From: Myxococcota bacterium
Lineage (GTDB): Bacteria > Myxococcota_A > UBA796 > GCA-2862545
NCBI GenBank assembly: GCA_039208735.1
Contig: JBCCQY010000049.1
Span: 1-58,285, forward strand
DNA length: 58,285 bases
Direction of reading: 5' to 3'
The notes under the pieces were generated by a model, which worked only from the letters and a program-made list of their open reading frames with translations, was not told the origin of the DNA and did not search any database. A program made the translations under genes and the position numbers. Below, one piece after another: positions 49,140 to 58,285 of this stretch. Numbering within the stretch: position 1 is the stretch's first letter; the number at the start of each line of letters is the position of its first letter.

Positions 49140-50015
49140 GTGGGCCGTGGTTCCTACAGCGTCGACCCACGGATCCAGGCCATCGCCTGGCTCACGTGCA
49201 TTTCGTGCGCCTATCAGCTGACCCTGCCGGTGTATCGCCTCCTCCACGGGCTCGATTCTGAACTCGCACGCTTAAGCCAGCCGCCGTCGGCCGAGTCATA
49301 CCTGATTGCCACCCACACCATGCAGGTGGGACACGTGATTCAGCCTGAGGACCTCGATTGGGGTCAGACCCCGGGGTTCTTTCCCATCGGCGCCCTTCAA
49401 AATGCAACCCCGTTCATCGGGCGTAGCCTGAAGGAGCGTGTGCTAGCCGGCGACGCCTTGCGCAACGAACGGTTCTCGGAGCACCCCGGAAGCGGCATTT
49501 CGGCTCTCGTGCCCCCAGGGCATCGGGCGGTCACCCTTCGATTGACCACGGCCGACCGCGTTTCTGGGTTCGTAGAGCCGGGCGATCGAGTCGACGTGTT
49601 GGTCACCCTCTACGACAACCTACGCCCCACCGATACGATTCCCATTCTGCAGAACGTTCCGGTGCTCACGGTCAACGACGAACTCGAGAAGACCCCGTTG
49701 GGGCAACCCGCCCTGAAGGCGCGTGTCTCGTTGCTGACCACCCCTCACGACGCCAACCGACTCACTCACGCGCTGGAGTACGGATTGCCGCGCCTCGTGT
49801 TGCGGCCCGAAGACGATGCGGGGGAGGTCCAACCTCCTCCCGTCGCAGGTCCGCCCGCGCTCACCGACGACCGACCGGCCCAGGCCCAGGGCAAGCAGAC
49901 CCGAACGCTGCGAAGGGCTCAACAGGCCTTCCGGAATTTTGTGACGCATCGACCGCTCTCGGTCGACCAGCGGGCCTTGGTGGAAGGGGTGCTACGGAAG
50001 GTCGAGTCGCGCTGA
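49140..50015 (+). CDS. cpaB: Flp pilus assembly protein CpaB/RcpC
   Basis: SAF-like domain; PPGHRAVTL, VSGFVEPGDRVDVLVT, ILQNVPVL, LVLR. Confidence 0.85.
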   Translation: MGRGSYSVDPRIQAIAWLTCISCAYQLTLPVYRLLHGLDSELARLSQPPSAESYLIATHTMQVGHVIQPEDLDWGQTPGFFPIGALQNATPFIGRSLKERVLAGDALRNERFSEHPGSGISALVPPGHRAVTLRLTTADRVSGFVEPGDRVDVLVTLYDNLRPTDTIPILQNVPVLTVNDELEKTPLGQPALKARVSLLTTPHDANRLTHALEYGLPRLVLRPEDDAGEVQPPPVAGPPALTDDRPAQAQGKQTRTLRRAQQAFRNFVTHRPLSVDQRALVEGVLRKVESR

Positions 50016-50019
50016 TTCC

Positions 50020-50934
50020 CTACGTCAGCGCCCGAAACTCTGTGGGCTGTAGGGGCTGGGGAAGCCGCGAGGCGATCGCCGCAAAGGTCTTTTCAAGCAC
50101 CGTTGTGGGCTCGCCGTCTGGGCCCACCGCGTAGGGCGGCGCGAACTTCAACCGGACAGGGTGCGGCTCAAAGCCCGTGTCATCGCCCACTGGCATGACC
50201 TGCTCGGTGCCCCAAAGGGCGGCCGGAACCACCTGCAAGCCCTCCAATCGGAGCCAACGACGAATGCCGCGTTGAAAAGGCTGTAATCTGCGGGTACGCG
50301 AGCGTGAGCCCTCGGGAAAAACGCACCCGATCCTGCCCGACTGCATCGCTTCGTGGGCCGCTTCCATGCTCTGACGTGCGAGTTGAGCAAGATCCCGCAT
50401 GTTCTCTCGGCTGCTCACGCCGGCCGGCTGGGGCACGGGAATGATGTGCATGGCCGAGCTCGCGAGACGCCGAAACGGCGCTTCAAACACCTTGGGCCCC
50501 ACCGCGACCGTGAGCCGATCGGCCAGTTCGGTGGCCCCCGACCACGCAAGCAGCGCATCGACCGCGTTGGCATCGGTGTAGGACAGGTGATTGCAAAGCA
50601 CCAGCGTGGGCCCACGGGACAGCGCCACCTCGAGCCAGGGCACCCCGTCGACCTGGGGATCGCCCAAGATGTCGTGGCAGTACGTGCGCGACAGCGCGCG
50701 GCAGGTGCCCACCGCCTCATACACCTTGGGTTCGCGGAAGTCGCCTGTGGCAACGCGGCGAAGTTCACTGAAATCGTGCTCGGTCCACCCGTCGACCAGT
50801 GTTTGCACGCGAGCGATGTTGGTGGTCCGCCAGGGTTCGTTGATGAACGAGGCCAACCACGTGGGAACAAGGCGCCGCAGGTCGTCGTTGCTCAGCGCCC
50901 CGAGCATGGCGATGGGATCGAGGGCTTCAGACAG
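50020..50934 (-). CDS. Lysophospholipid acyltransferase (PlsC-like)
   Basis: CNHLSYTD, FPEGSRSR, VVPAAL; start uncertain (CTG 50934 after GGAGG, or ATG 50907). Confidence 0.87.
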   Translation of the reverse strand: MSEALDPIAMLGALSNDDLRRLVPTWLASFINEPWRTTNIARVQTLVDGWTEHDFSELRRVATGDFREPKVYEAVGTCRALSRTYCHDILGDPQVDGVPWLEVALSRGPTLVLCNHLSYTDANAVDALLAWSGATELADRLTVAVGPKVFEAPFRRLASSAMHIIPVPQPAGVSSRENMRDLAQLARQSMEAAHEAMQSGRIGCVFPEGSRSRTRRLQPFQRGIRRWLRLEGLQVVPAALWGTEQVMPVGDDTGFEPHPVRLKFAPPYAVGPDGEPTTVLEKTFAAIASRLPQPLQPTEFRALT

Positions 50935-50990
50935 AGGGTCCTCCGAGTGACCTGGCCCCAGCGGCAGCAGCGCCGCTGGGTGAGCGCAGT

Positions 50991-51521
50991 CTACCCGGGT
51001 CCGGCAGCCGCGTCCCCGTTGCCAATTCCGTGCACCTCGACGAGGCTTCGAAAGCCGGGGAGCTGATCTGCCATGAGCCGCTCGATGCCATTCCGCATGG
51101 TGATCGTGGCCGAAGGACAGGTCGTGCATGCGCCCTTCAGCTCAACAAAGACATCGCCTTCGGGCTCGACGCGGACCAGCTTGATGTCACCGCCATCCAT
51201 CTGGAGCGCGGGTCGCACCATGTCGTCGAGCAGCTCCTCGACCATGGCGTACTGCAACCCCACCGGCTCGGGCGTAGGCAGCGTATGCACCTCGGCCAGA
51301 CGCTCTTCGGTCTCTTCGGTGACGAGATCGGGCTCTGGCGCCTCGGGGGCGGCGACGCGCTCGGGAGCGGCTCCTGGCGAGACGAGCGGAGCTGGCTGCG
51401 CATTGCCGGACGTGGCTCGCGGCGCTTGAAGGAGCCATGACTCCACCACGTCGAGCGCGTTCTTGGCGCGACGGCGGACCGAACGACGAAGGCGGTTCAC
51501 AATGCGGCTGGCGAGCGACAC
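50991..51521 (-). CDS. NifU/NfuA C-terminal domain protein
   Basis: VRPALQMDGGDI, GACTTCPSATITMRNGIE; GTG 51521 after GGAGA. Confidence 0.9.
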   Translation of the reverse strand: MSLASRIVNRLRRSVRRRAKNALDVVESWLLQAPRATSGNAQPAPLVSPGAAPERVAAPEAPEPDLVTEETEERLAEVHTLPTPEPVGLQYAMVEELLDDMVRPALQMDGGDIKLVRVEPEGDVFVELKGACTTCPSATITMRNGIERLMADQLPGFRSLVEVHGIGNGDAAAGPG

Positions 51522-51574
51522 GGCATCTCCCAAATGGCCTCTTCGCCGTAACCTGAGGTCTGGCGATGCTCCGC

Positions 51575-52312
51575 TCAGAACCACAGGCGAATCGCCGTGA
51601 GGACAACGACCCCGGCCACCGCCCATCGAATGAGCTTGGCGCCGCCTGCGAGCGAAAACCGGGCCCCAAGAAAGCCCCCGAGCGCCGAGCCAAGGGCCAG
51701 GGCCACCGCGGGCTGCACCGCAACCAGGCCCTGGCTCGCGTACACCGCGAGGGCAGGGACGGTCAAGCCCCCGACGAACGCCACTTTACGTCGGTTTGCC
51801 GTGGTCGCCTCGAGCCCTCCCAGCATCACGAAGGCGGGCAACAGCAGCAAACCCACCCCCGCCTGGAGAAACCCCCCGTAGAATCCCGCAGCGGCGAGCG
51901 CAGGCCACCGCCAGGCCGAGGGTTCTCCGCGTTCCGACCAGGCGGCCGGACGAGCCAGGCTGGCCGCGACCATCATGATGAGCAGGGGGCCGAGCAGCGC
52001 GGCAAAGGCCTTAGGGTCGACCGCGACCGCGGCGCTGGCCCCCAACAGTGCGGCAAACGCCACCACCCCGAATTCCGCCCATCCATGGGCCGGCTCGGCC
52101 TCATCGGTGGGTTGAGCACGAAGCGTGGCATAGGCCACCCCGCTCTGAAGCAGCACCCCGACCCGGTTCGTGGCGTTCGCGACATGCGGAGGCAGCCCCG
52201 CCCAGACCAAGGCCGCCAAGGCCAAAAACGACCCGCCTCCCGCCAGGGTGTTGACGATCCCCGCTCCGATCCCGGCCAAGAACAGGCCGATCAACTCGAC
52301 AGGTCCGTTCAC
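51575..52312 (-). CDS. Sulfite exporter TauE/SafE family membrane protein
   Basis: AGIVNTLAGGGS, ANATNR, GFYGGFLQAGVG. Confidence 0.9.
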   Translation of the reverse strand: MNGPVELIGLFLAGIGAGIVNTLAGGGSFLALAALVWAGLPPHVANATNRVGVLLQSGVAYATLRAQPTDEAEPAHGWAEFGVVAFAALLGASAAVAVDPKAFAALLGPLLIMMVAASLARPAAWSERGEPSAWRWPALAAAGFYGGFLQAGVGLLLLPAFVMLGGLEATTANRRKVAFVGGLTVPALAVYASQGLVAVQPAVALALGSALGGFLGARFSLAGGAKLIRWAVAGVVVLTAIRLWF

Positions 52313-52426
52313 TGCTCGTCACCCTTCACCACCACCCTCACACGCCGATGGGCTGACACGAACCGTTCGGCGGGCCTGTCCTATCCCCGCACGCCGACCC
52401 ATCGTCCAGGTTGTCGAGGAAGCCGC

Positions 52427-53383
52427 GTGTCCGCCGCCGCGATCAACGAAGGCCCCCCAGGGCCGACCGACGCCGTCCTCGGCGACATTCAGGTCGAGCG
52501 GGAGATTGATCGTCGCACGCGGCTCGGACTGCATCCGGACCATGGGGCGGTGATGGCGCACTGTTGGCCTGAGGCGCTCGCCGAAGATGCGGAAGCCCTT
52601 TCACCGGTTCCCGCCGCCCCGACCCATCCCCATTGGGTGCCCATCGTAGAGGCCATCGCGGATGACGCGGGGCTCTGGCTCGTCCACCGCACCATCGAAG
52701 GCCCCTCACTCCGGACCTTTCGTCGACGGATGCGACCTTCCATCCTGCAAATCGATGCCATTGGCCGCCAACTCATCGCCGCGGTCGAGGCCGCGCATCG
52801 CCTGGAACGAACCATCGGATGGCTCACGCCGGGTCGGGTGTGGCTCGCCGCAGAAGGACGATCGATCGCCCCTCACCTCATCGGCGTGGGCTTGCCCGAG
52901 GTCCTGCCGAGCCCTGGGCGGTACACCGCCTCGCTGGCCGACACGCCCTACGGTGCGCCAGAACTCGCCGACGGAAAGGCGCCAACCCGGCCTTCGGACC
53001 GCTACGCGCTCGGTGCGGTGCTCTTCCACCTGGTGACCGGCCAGGCCCCAGATGCCACCCGTCCCCCGCCGCCTCCCTTCCTGGAAATGCCCACTCGAAT
53101 TCGCGACACCATCACGATGTACCTCGACAACAACCCGTTGGCTCGGCCGCTCGATGTACTGGCCGTATGGACCCGAAGCCGTGCGATGGCCACCGGGGCG
53201 TGGAGCGCAGAGCAACTCGAGGCCTGCGCCCGGCTGGCTCCGCGAGTACCCAGCGTCGCCCAAGCACCGCTTCCCGAGGTCCCCGAGGTGATCGAGGAGG
53301 TCGCGTCCTCGCCTCCACGACTGACCCTGGCGATGATCGTGATCACGATGGTCATTGGGCTGGTCCTGCTTCTCGCCGCTTAG
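52427..53383 (+). CDS. Degenerate Ser/Thr kinase-like protein (pseudokinase) with C-terminal TM
   Basis: C-lobe motifs YGAPE and SDRYALGAVLFHLVTG retained; HRD and DFG replaced by IGW and GVG. Confidence 0.72.
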   Translation: MSAAAINEGPPGPTDAVLGDIQVEREIDRRTRLGLHPDHGAVMAHCWPEALAEDAEALSPVPAAPTHPHWVPIVEAIADDAGLWLVHRTIEGPSLRTFRRRMRPSILQIDAIGRQLIAAVEAAHRLERTIGWLTPGRVWLAAEGRSIAPHLIGVGLPEVLPSPGRYTASLADTPYGAPELADGKAPTRPSDRYALGAVLFHLVTGQAPDATRPPPPPFLEMPTRIRDTITMYLDNNPLARPLDVLAVWTRSRAMATGAWSAEQLEACARLAPRVPSVAQAPLPEVPEVIEEVASSPPRLTLAMIVITMVIGLVLLLAA

Positions 53384-55036
53384 TCAGCGCTGACGCACCA
53401 CCGTCAGGTGCTGCTGCGCAACTTCGTCCTCGAATCGGCTCTCGGCGCCATCCGGCCAGCGCACCACGATCGAATCGATCCGGTCGACGTCACCGAGTCC
53501 CACATGAACCTGCAGGGGCGAGCCCGTATAGAGCCCTGTGCTGCCCGCGGTGACCCAACGGACGTGCTGTCGTCCCCCGGCCTCCACCACCACACGGGAC
53601 CCCACGGCAAAGGGATTGAGCCCCTTGGGGTCGCGCAACTGGACGGTGACCCATGCGGCTTCGGTGCATCGTTGGAGGTGCATGAGGTTCGGTCGGTCGA
53701 GCGGCCGCTTGACCAGGTCGAGGGCTCCGTTCCGGTCGAGGTCCGCGAGCACCACCGACCGGCCTACCCCTTCGTCAGCCAGGCCCAATTCCGACGCCCG
53801 GTCCTCGAATTGACCGTCTTCGCCCTGGATCCAAGCCGCATCGAGCTGGGTTCGCGGGTCGCCGGCTCCGGGGTAGGCATCCCAGAACCCATAGACGGCG
53901 ACCGCATCCAAATCGCCGTCGTTGTCGAGGTCACCAAACTCCGTGCCCCAACCAAACACCTGATCGCCAGGGGCCGCCGGTCGACCAATGGGCGAGGTGC
54001 TCACGGACAAGCCCCGCGCGGCCGTCGCATCGACCCAGCGGAGGCCCACCGGCGTCTCGCTGCTTTGCAGGTAGGTGACGCGATTCCAGGACGTCAGCAG
54101 AAAATCAGGGCGCAAGTCACCATTGAGGTCCCCCACCGCCATGCCCATGTCATGGCTTCCGGGATGGAACCCCTCTTCCGTACTGGCCGTAAACGTGCCG
54201 TCCGTCTCGCGGCGCATGATCACAGAGGGCACGCACAACCCATCGTCATGGGCCAGCATCAGCTCTGGAACGGTGTCGTCGTCCAGATCGAACCAGCCGC
54301 TGGCGAACGTGTACCCCTCATGGACGGCCGCCGGCAGCTGGTCGCTCGCATCGGTGAACGTGCCTGTGCCGTCATTGAGCCACAACTCAGACCGGGCCGG
54401 AATGTGGTCCGAGCAATCGGGCGTGGGTTGGAGCACGTCGATGACCGCGATCTCCCCGTACCCCCCGACAAACAGGTCTAGGTCGCCATCCCCATCGACG
54501 TCCGCCCAACTCGAACTTTGGCTCTTCCGGGCCGCCGCACCATCGAAGCGGTCGTTCGCAAGGGTGAACCGCCGGCCGCCCTGGTTCAGCAACAGCTGCT
54601 GGGGGGCCTCCCACCCCACGATGAGCACGTCGAGATCCCCATCCGCATCCACGTCCGCCGCCGAGGCCCCGGCCGCCACGGACCCATCGATGATGGCAAA
54701 CGTCTCGCCGTCGCGATCGAAGTCCGGCTCCGGAGACCCCCAGAACATCACGGCTCCATTTTCCGCCCGATCGACCGGAATCAACACATCGAGCCACCCA
54801 TCATCGTCCAGGTCTTCGATGAGCAACGCGGCGCCCGACTGCCCCTGCGCCTCGTCGACGAGCGTACCGTCCTGGCGTGGGGCTTCGAACCAGCCTGCCT
54901 CCCGCTCGGTCGGCTCCGCACACACGACCGGTCCCGAACGCTCGACCGACGCCTCGGCCAGCACGACCTCCGAGGGTCCTGGGGCTTCGTCAGAGTCGGG
55001 ACCCGCGCATGCGAGCCAAAGCGACAGTAGCGTCAT
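53384..55036 (-). CDS. CRTAC1/ASPIC-UnbV family FG-GAP repeat lipoprotein
   Basis: Signal ending WLAC; many DxDxDGDLD motifs; C-terminal VHVGLG...VVRWPDG. Confidence 0.9.
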   Translation of the reverse strand: MTLLSLWLACAGPDSDEAPGPSEVVLAEASVERSGPVVCAEPTEREAGWFEAPRQDGTLVDEAQGQSGAALLIEDLDDDGWLDVLIPVDRAENGAVMFWGSPEPDFDRDGETFAIIDGSVAAGASAADVDADGDLDVLIVGWEAPQQLLLNQGGRRFTLANDRFDGAAARKSQSSSWADVDGDGDLDLFVGGYGEIAVIDVLQPTPDCSDHIPARSELWLNDGTGTFTDASDQLPAAVHEGYTFASGWFDLDDDTVPELMLAHDDGLCVPSVIMRRETDGTFTASTEEGFHPGSHDMGMAVGDLNGDLRPDFLLTSWNRVTYLQSSETPVGLRWVDATAARGLSVSTSPIGRPAAPGDQVFGWGTEFGDLDNDGDLDAVAVYGFWDAYPGAGDPRTQLDAAWIQGEDGQFEDRASELGLADEGVGRSVVLADLDRNGALDLVKRPLDRPNLMHLQRCTEAAWVTVQLRDPKGLNPFAVGSRVVVEAGGRQHVRWVTAGSTGLYTGSPLQVHVGLGDVDRIDSIVVRWPDGAESRFEDEVAQQHLTVVRQR

Positions 55037-55086
55037 CTTCCTGCCTTCCTCGGCAACCCGTCGGACCGGAGCCGCGAGGTTTCAGA

Positions 55087-55428
55087 TCAGAACCCGGGCG
55101 GGGTGGGTGGGGCGAGGATGAGGTGTTTGGCGGTAATGTCGTCAGGCGCCTCTTCCATCGGGAGCGGCCCCGGGTCCCCATCGTGCGGCCCCCGAAGATC
55201 GACCCGCCGGCTCCGGCACTCGGCATCGTCTTGCGTGTAGGTGCCTCGCCCGCGCCCCCACAGAAAGTCCCAATCCGCAAACAGCGAAAGCTCCTCATCC
55301 TCGACGAAGAGGTGGGCCAGGCCCTCGTGGAATGCGAGAGCGCTCGCCCCTGCGGCGAGAAGGGCGAGTTGCTTCATCACCTCTTCACTCACATGGTCGT
55401 CAAACCGTACGGTGGTGGTCTTGGGCAT
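55087..55428 (-). CDS. Hypothetical protein
   Basis: G-rich RBS; fills the gap between co-directional genes; no recognisable motif. Confidence 0.5.
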   Translation of the reverse strand: MPKTTTVRFDDHVSEEVMKQLALLAAGASALAFHEGLAHLFVEDEELSLFADWDFLWGRGRGTYTQDDAECRSRRVDLRGPHDGDPGPLPMEEAPDDITAKHLILAPPTPPGF

Positions 55429-55473
55429 GCACCCCCCGGTCCTGTCAGTCTATCCGACCGCGAGCCTCCCAGG

Positions 55474-57531
55474 CTACGGAACGGCTCCATCGCAGGCAAT
55501 AGCCACTGTCCATTCCCCAGCTTCGAGCGATCGAAGTTGGAAGTGCACAGGCAGGCCATCGTAGTCCGGCAACGCCGGCCAGCTAAAGGCGTTCAAGGCG
55601 ACGGCTTCGACATCCTCGCGCAGGACCGTACCGGCGAAGGTGTTGCGGCCGTCGGCGATGAACGTCGCGCCGGGCACCCCAGGGTCACTGACATCCAGGG
55701 CAAGTTCACCATCGATCGAGGTGACTTCGAACCCTACGGCCACGGCGCTGGGGTCGTAGAAGCAGAGGCGCCGTGACGAGCCAAACGTATCGCCGTAGCC
55801 CAGGGTCGAGGTGAACTCGCCATCGATGAAGTCGCCGCACTCCACAATCTCGCCACCATCGCAGGCCTCATCGAGGCCAAGCCACAGGTCGTAGGCATCG
55901 GTGAACGACGCCCCGTTCGCATCGGTGATGGTGAGGTCAACGGGGAAGGTCCCGACGCCGGTCCCGTTGCCCACCAACCGGTCGTCCTCGATCGAAAGGC
56001 CGGCGGGCAACCCGGTCGCGCTGAACGAATAGGGCGGGAGTCCTCCGATCCCCGCTAAGCGCTCATCGATGCTGGACAGCGGAATCACCACCGGCAACCC
56101 AGCCAAGTTGGGCCGAGGTCCCCGATCGCATTTCGTCGTGAGCGTCATCTCGCCCGGCGTGGAGGTACGCGCCGCCACCATGTACATCGAGCCCGATTCC
56201 CGGTAGTGCTTGATGGCGGGGTAGGTGCGAGGCGTCACTTCGATGCGCACAGGCTCTGTGCCCGAAAACTCGGTTTGAGCGCCCCCAAAGTAGAGAAATC
56301 GGTCTTCGTCCGGAAGAACGAGCCCTAGGTATTGGCCATCGCCAGCTTCGAGCGTCCAGTCGATGGCGGAAACATCAGTGGGAACTTCAAACTCGTACAC
56401 CTGGTAGCCCGCCGGATCGTAGAACGAACCGACCGGACCATCGAAGTACGCTTCTTCGGTCGCAAAGGTGATCGCCTCGTCGCAGCCAATGGGCTTGGGC
56501 TCGAACACCGCAAACAGCGAGTCGATGGACCGGCTGCGGTCGTCAACGGTGGTGGCCGTCACCACCAAGGGCACCGAGATCTCCTCGAGCGCAGTTCCCG
56601 AAAGCGTGCCCGTCGCATTGTCGACGTCGACCCACTCCGGCAGCTCGCCTTCGAAGTCGAAGGTCACGGTGCTGTTGTCGCCGTAGACCTCGAAGTCGAC
56701 GACAAACTCATCGCCGAGTCGAACCGGGAGGGGCAGCGCCTGCCGGAACACAGGTCCATCAGAGCACGTGACATCGAGCTGATAGGGCCCTGACCCAAGG
56801 GTGACGAGCAACAGCGGAATCTGGCCCTGGGCCGCGTACTGCGACAAGCTCGGCAACGTGCTCGGATCGATGGTCAACACCTGCTCGGCCCCCGACCCAA
56901 AGTAGACGGCGACGTAGTCGTCCTGCCAATTGATGCTGCCGGGGAGCTGATTGGGCCGTTGGACGAACAGCGCCGCGGTCCGTGGAGCATCCAACGTGAC
57001 CTCGACCCGCTGGTTGTCACCCTGCGGCCACGGAATCGACAACCATTGCAGGTTTTCGGTGAGCACGGCCCCCCACACCGGCCCCGTAGCCGACATGGCA
57101 TTGGTCGTGAACTTGCCCGCGAGCCGATCCCCACACGCAAGGACGGTGGGATCAAGCCCGATCTCGAAGATCGCCAAGAACCGTTGGGTCTGGCCTGCCG
57201 CATCGCGGGCCAAGATCTGGACCGTGTGGCTGCCCGCCTCGAACGGCGTGCCCGAGATGGACCCATCCGAGAACAGGGTCAATCCAAGGGGAAGCCGATT
57301 TTCGAGGGCTACCTCAAAAAAGACCGGTGGTAAGCCACCAGACGCACTGACACTTGCCTCGTAGGGTTGCCCGACCACTCCCACGGGCATGATTTGATTG
57401 CCCCCAAGCAGTGCATCGGGATCCGTCGACGTGACGTCGTCAGCGTTGCGCGCCGATCCACCACATGCGACGACCAACAGCACGAACAGGATCCGCCACA
57501 CGGTCCGCCTCCCAGTGTTGCGCAGGAGCAT
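55474..57531 (-). CDS. Putative Ig-domain (He_PIG-like) surface lipoprotein
   Basis: Signal ending VVAC; GQPYEASVSASGGLPP...LPLGLTL...ISGTP and GGLPPYSFSATGLPAGLSI repeats. Confidence 0.8.
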   Translation of the reverse strand: MLLRNTGRRTVWRILFVLLVVACGGSARNADDVTSTDPDALLGGNQIMPVGVVGQPYEASVSASGGLPPVFFEVALENRLPLGLTLFSDGSISGTPFEAGSHTVQILARDAAGQTQRFLAIFEIGLDPTVLACGDRLAGKFTTNAMSATGPVWGAVLTENLQWLSIPWPQGDNQRVEVTLDAPRTAALFVQRPNQLPGSINWQDDYVAVYFGSGAEQVLTIDPSTLPSLSQYAAQGQIPLLLVTLGSGPYQLDVTCSDGPVFRQALPLPVRLGDEFVVDFEVYGDNSTVTFDFEGELPEWVDVDNATGTLSGTALEEISVPLVVTATTVDDRSRSIDSLFAVFEPKPIGCDEAITFATEEAYFDGPVGSFYDPAGYQVYEFEVPTDVSAIDWTLEAGDGQYLGLVLPDEDRFLYFGGAQTEFSGTEPVRIEVTPRTYPAIKHYRESGSMYMVAARTSTPGEMTLTTKCDRGPRPNLAGLPVVIPLSSIDERLAGIGGLPPYSFSATGLPAGLSIEDDRLVGNGTGVGTFPVDLTITDANGASFTDAYDLWLGLDEACDGGEIVECGDFIDGEFTSTLGYGDTFGSSRRLCFYDPSAVAVGFEVTSIDGELALDVSDPGVPGATFIADGRNTFAGTVLREDVEAVALNAFSWPALPDYDGLPVHFQLRSLEAGEWTVAIACDGAVP

Positions 57532-57583
57532 ACCCGCGCGATCACTGGTTTCGTGGCTTTACGGACGCAATTGTTTGTCCATT

Positions 57584-57697
57584 GGAGGGGAGAGGGCCGA
57601 GAACACCGGCGCCCCGAAACTGACGCTACCGTTGCTTCCTCTCGGACCTGGCGGGGTTCACGGGCTCCGGTCCCCGGGCCTCGACCCTCACCGCACC
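57584..57697 (-). ncRNA. ffs: Small signal recognition particle (4.5S) RNA
   Basis: Minus strand reads GAACCCCGCCAGGTCC-GAGA-GGAAGCAACGG (domain IV) within a long closing hairpin, downstream of tRNA-Ser. Confidence 0.92.
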
Positions 57698-57734
57698 AAT
57701 GGAGCGGATCCTTTATTCGCGATGGGCGGCACGA

Positions 57735-57819
57735 CGGAGAGAGGGGGATTCGAACCCCCGGTGAGTTGCCCCACACACGAGTTCCAGTCGTGCACCTTCA
57801 ACCACTCGGTCACCTCTCC
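57735..57819 (-). tRNA. tRNA-Ser (GGA), CCA end not encoded
   Basis: Acceptor GGAGAGG/TCTCTCC plus G; anticodon arm CACGA-CTGGAAC-TCGTG; long variable arm; GGGGGTTCGAATCCCCC T arm. Confidence 0.96.
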
Positions 57820-57901
57820 GGGCATTCGAGACGTAACCTGTGTGACGACAGTTGACGCGACCGCTGCGTCGAGGCACCTTCCGGCGTCGCCCGGAGCCCC
57901 G

Positions 57902-58285
57902 ATGGTGCAATGGTTGCTCGCGTTCGCCTTCGTGCTCTTCGCCTCTGACCTGGCGATCGGCCAGGAGGCGAACGACCGCGAGCCCGAGCGCTTCGGCGTC
58001 GTGATCGGAGTCTCCGACTACGTGGATCCGCGCATCCCAGATGTGCCCTTCGCTGGCACCGACGCCCAGGAGATCCGGGACTGGCTGACCACCACCGGCG
58101 GGGTTGCCCCGGAGCGGGTGGCGCTGCTCCTCGACGACGGGGCGCCCACCCTGGACGCAGCCGAGTCCGGTCAGCCCATCGCGAACACGCGAGCGAACGT
58201 GCTGGAGGTCACCGAGCGGTGGCTCGGCGAGCAGGTTCGCGCCGGGGACACCGTGTTCGTGTTCTTCTCGGGCCAGGCCACGGCC
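57902..58285 (+). CDS. Secreted caspase-family domain protein, partial (runs off the window)
   Basis: Translated by hand: signal peptide, RFGVVIGVSDY, DVPFAGTDA, TRANV, GDTVFVFFSGQA. Confidence 0.85.
   Translation, partial: MVQWLLAFAFVLFASDLAIGQEANDREPERFGVVIGVSDYVDPRIPDVPFAGTDAQEIRDWLTTTGGVAPERVALLLDDGAPTLDAAESGQPIANTRANVLEVTERWLGEQVRAGDTVFVFFSGQATA

Noticed and set aside
51566..52426. N-terminal 287 aa of the 605-aa ORF
   Set aside because: Antisense to the TauE gene and of low-complexity composition; the real start is probably GTG 52427
57735..57819. tRNA-Ser as the attachment site of an integrated element
   Set aside because: No integrase and no duplicated tRNA 3' end noticed by eye; ffs follows directly

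Overview
GC-rich, gene-dense bacterial chromosomal segment. Gene content suggests Myxococcota or a related lineage (inference from Ser/Thr kinases, caspase-family proteins, a DUF1552/DUF1592 pair, a CRTAC1-like protein and many short-signal lipoproteins). About 50 CDSs, a tRNA-Ser(GGA) and the small SRP RNA can be supported. I see no CRISPR array, integrase or transposase. Family names come from motif recognition by eye, not from database searches. The most promising uncharacterised systems are: (1) a YqiJ-like / flotillin / giant AAA ATPase operon with a candidate sigma54 promoter, followed by two tandem paralogous membrane-anchored CSxxPC proteins; (2) a minus-strand cluster of exported proteins linking a DUF1592/DUF1552 pair to an ~11-heme cytochrome c lipoprotein; (3) an exported caspase-family protease with ~19-20 disulfide-type Sel1 repeats next to an SPFH protein. 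Also present: a probable pseudo-caspase, a pseudokinase, a nuclease-DinG helicase fusion, a split ACAD10/11-like pair, an orphan Tad minor-pilin cluster and two frameshifted or decayed genes.
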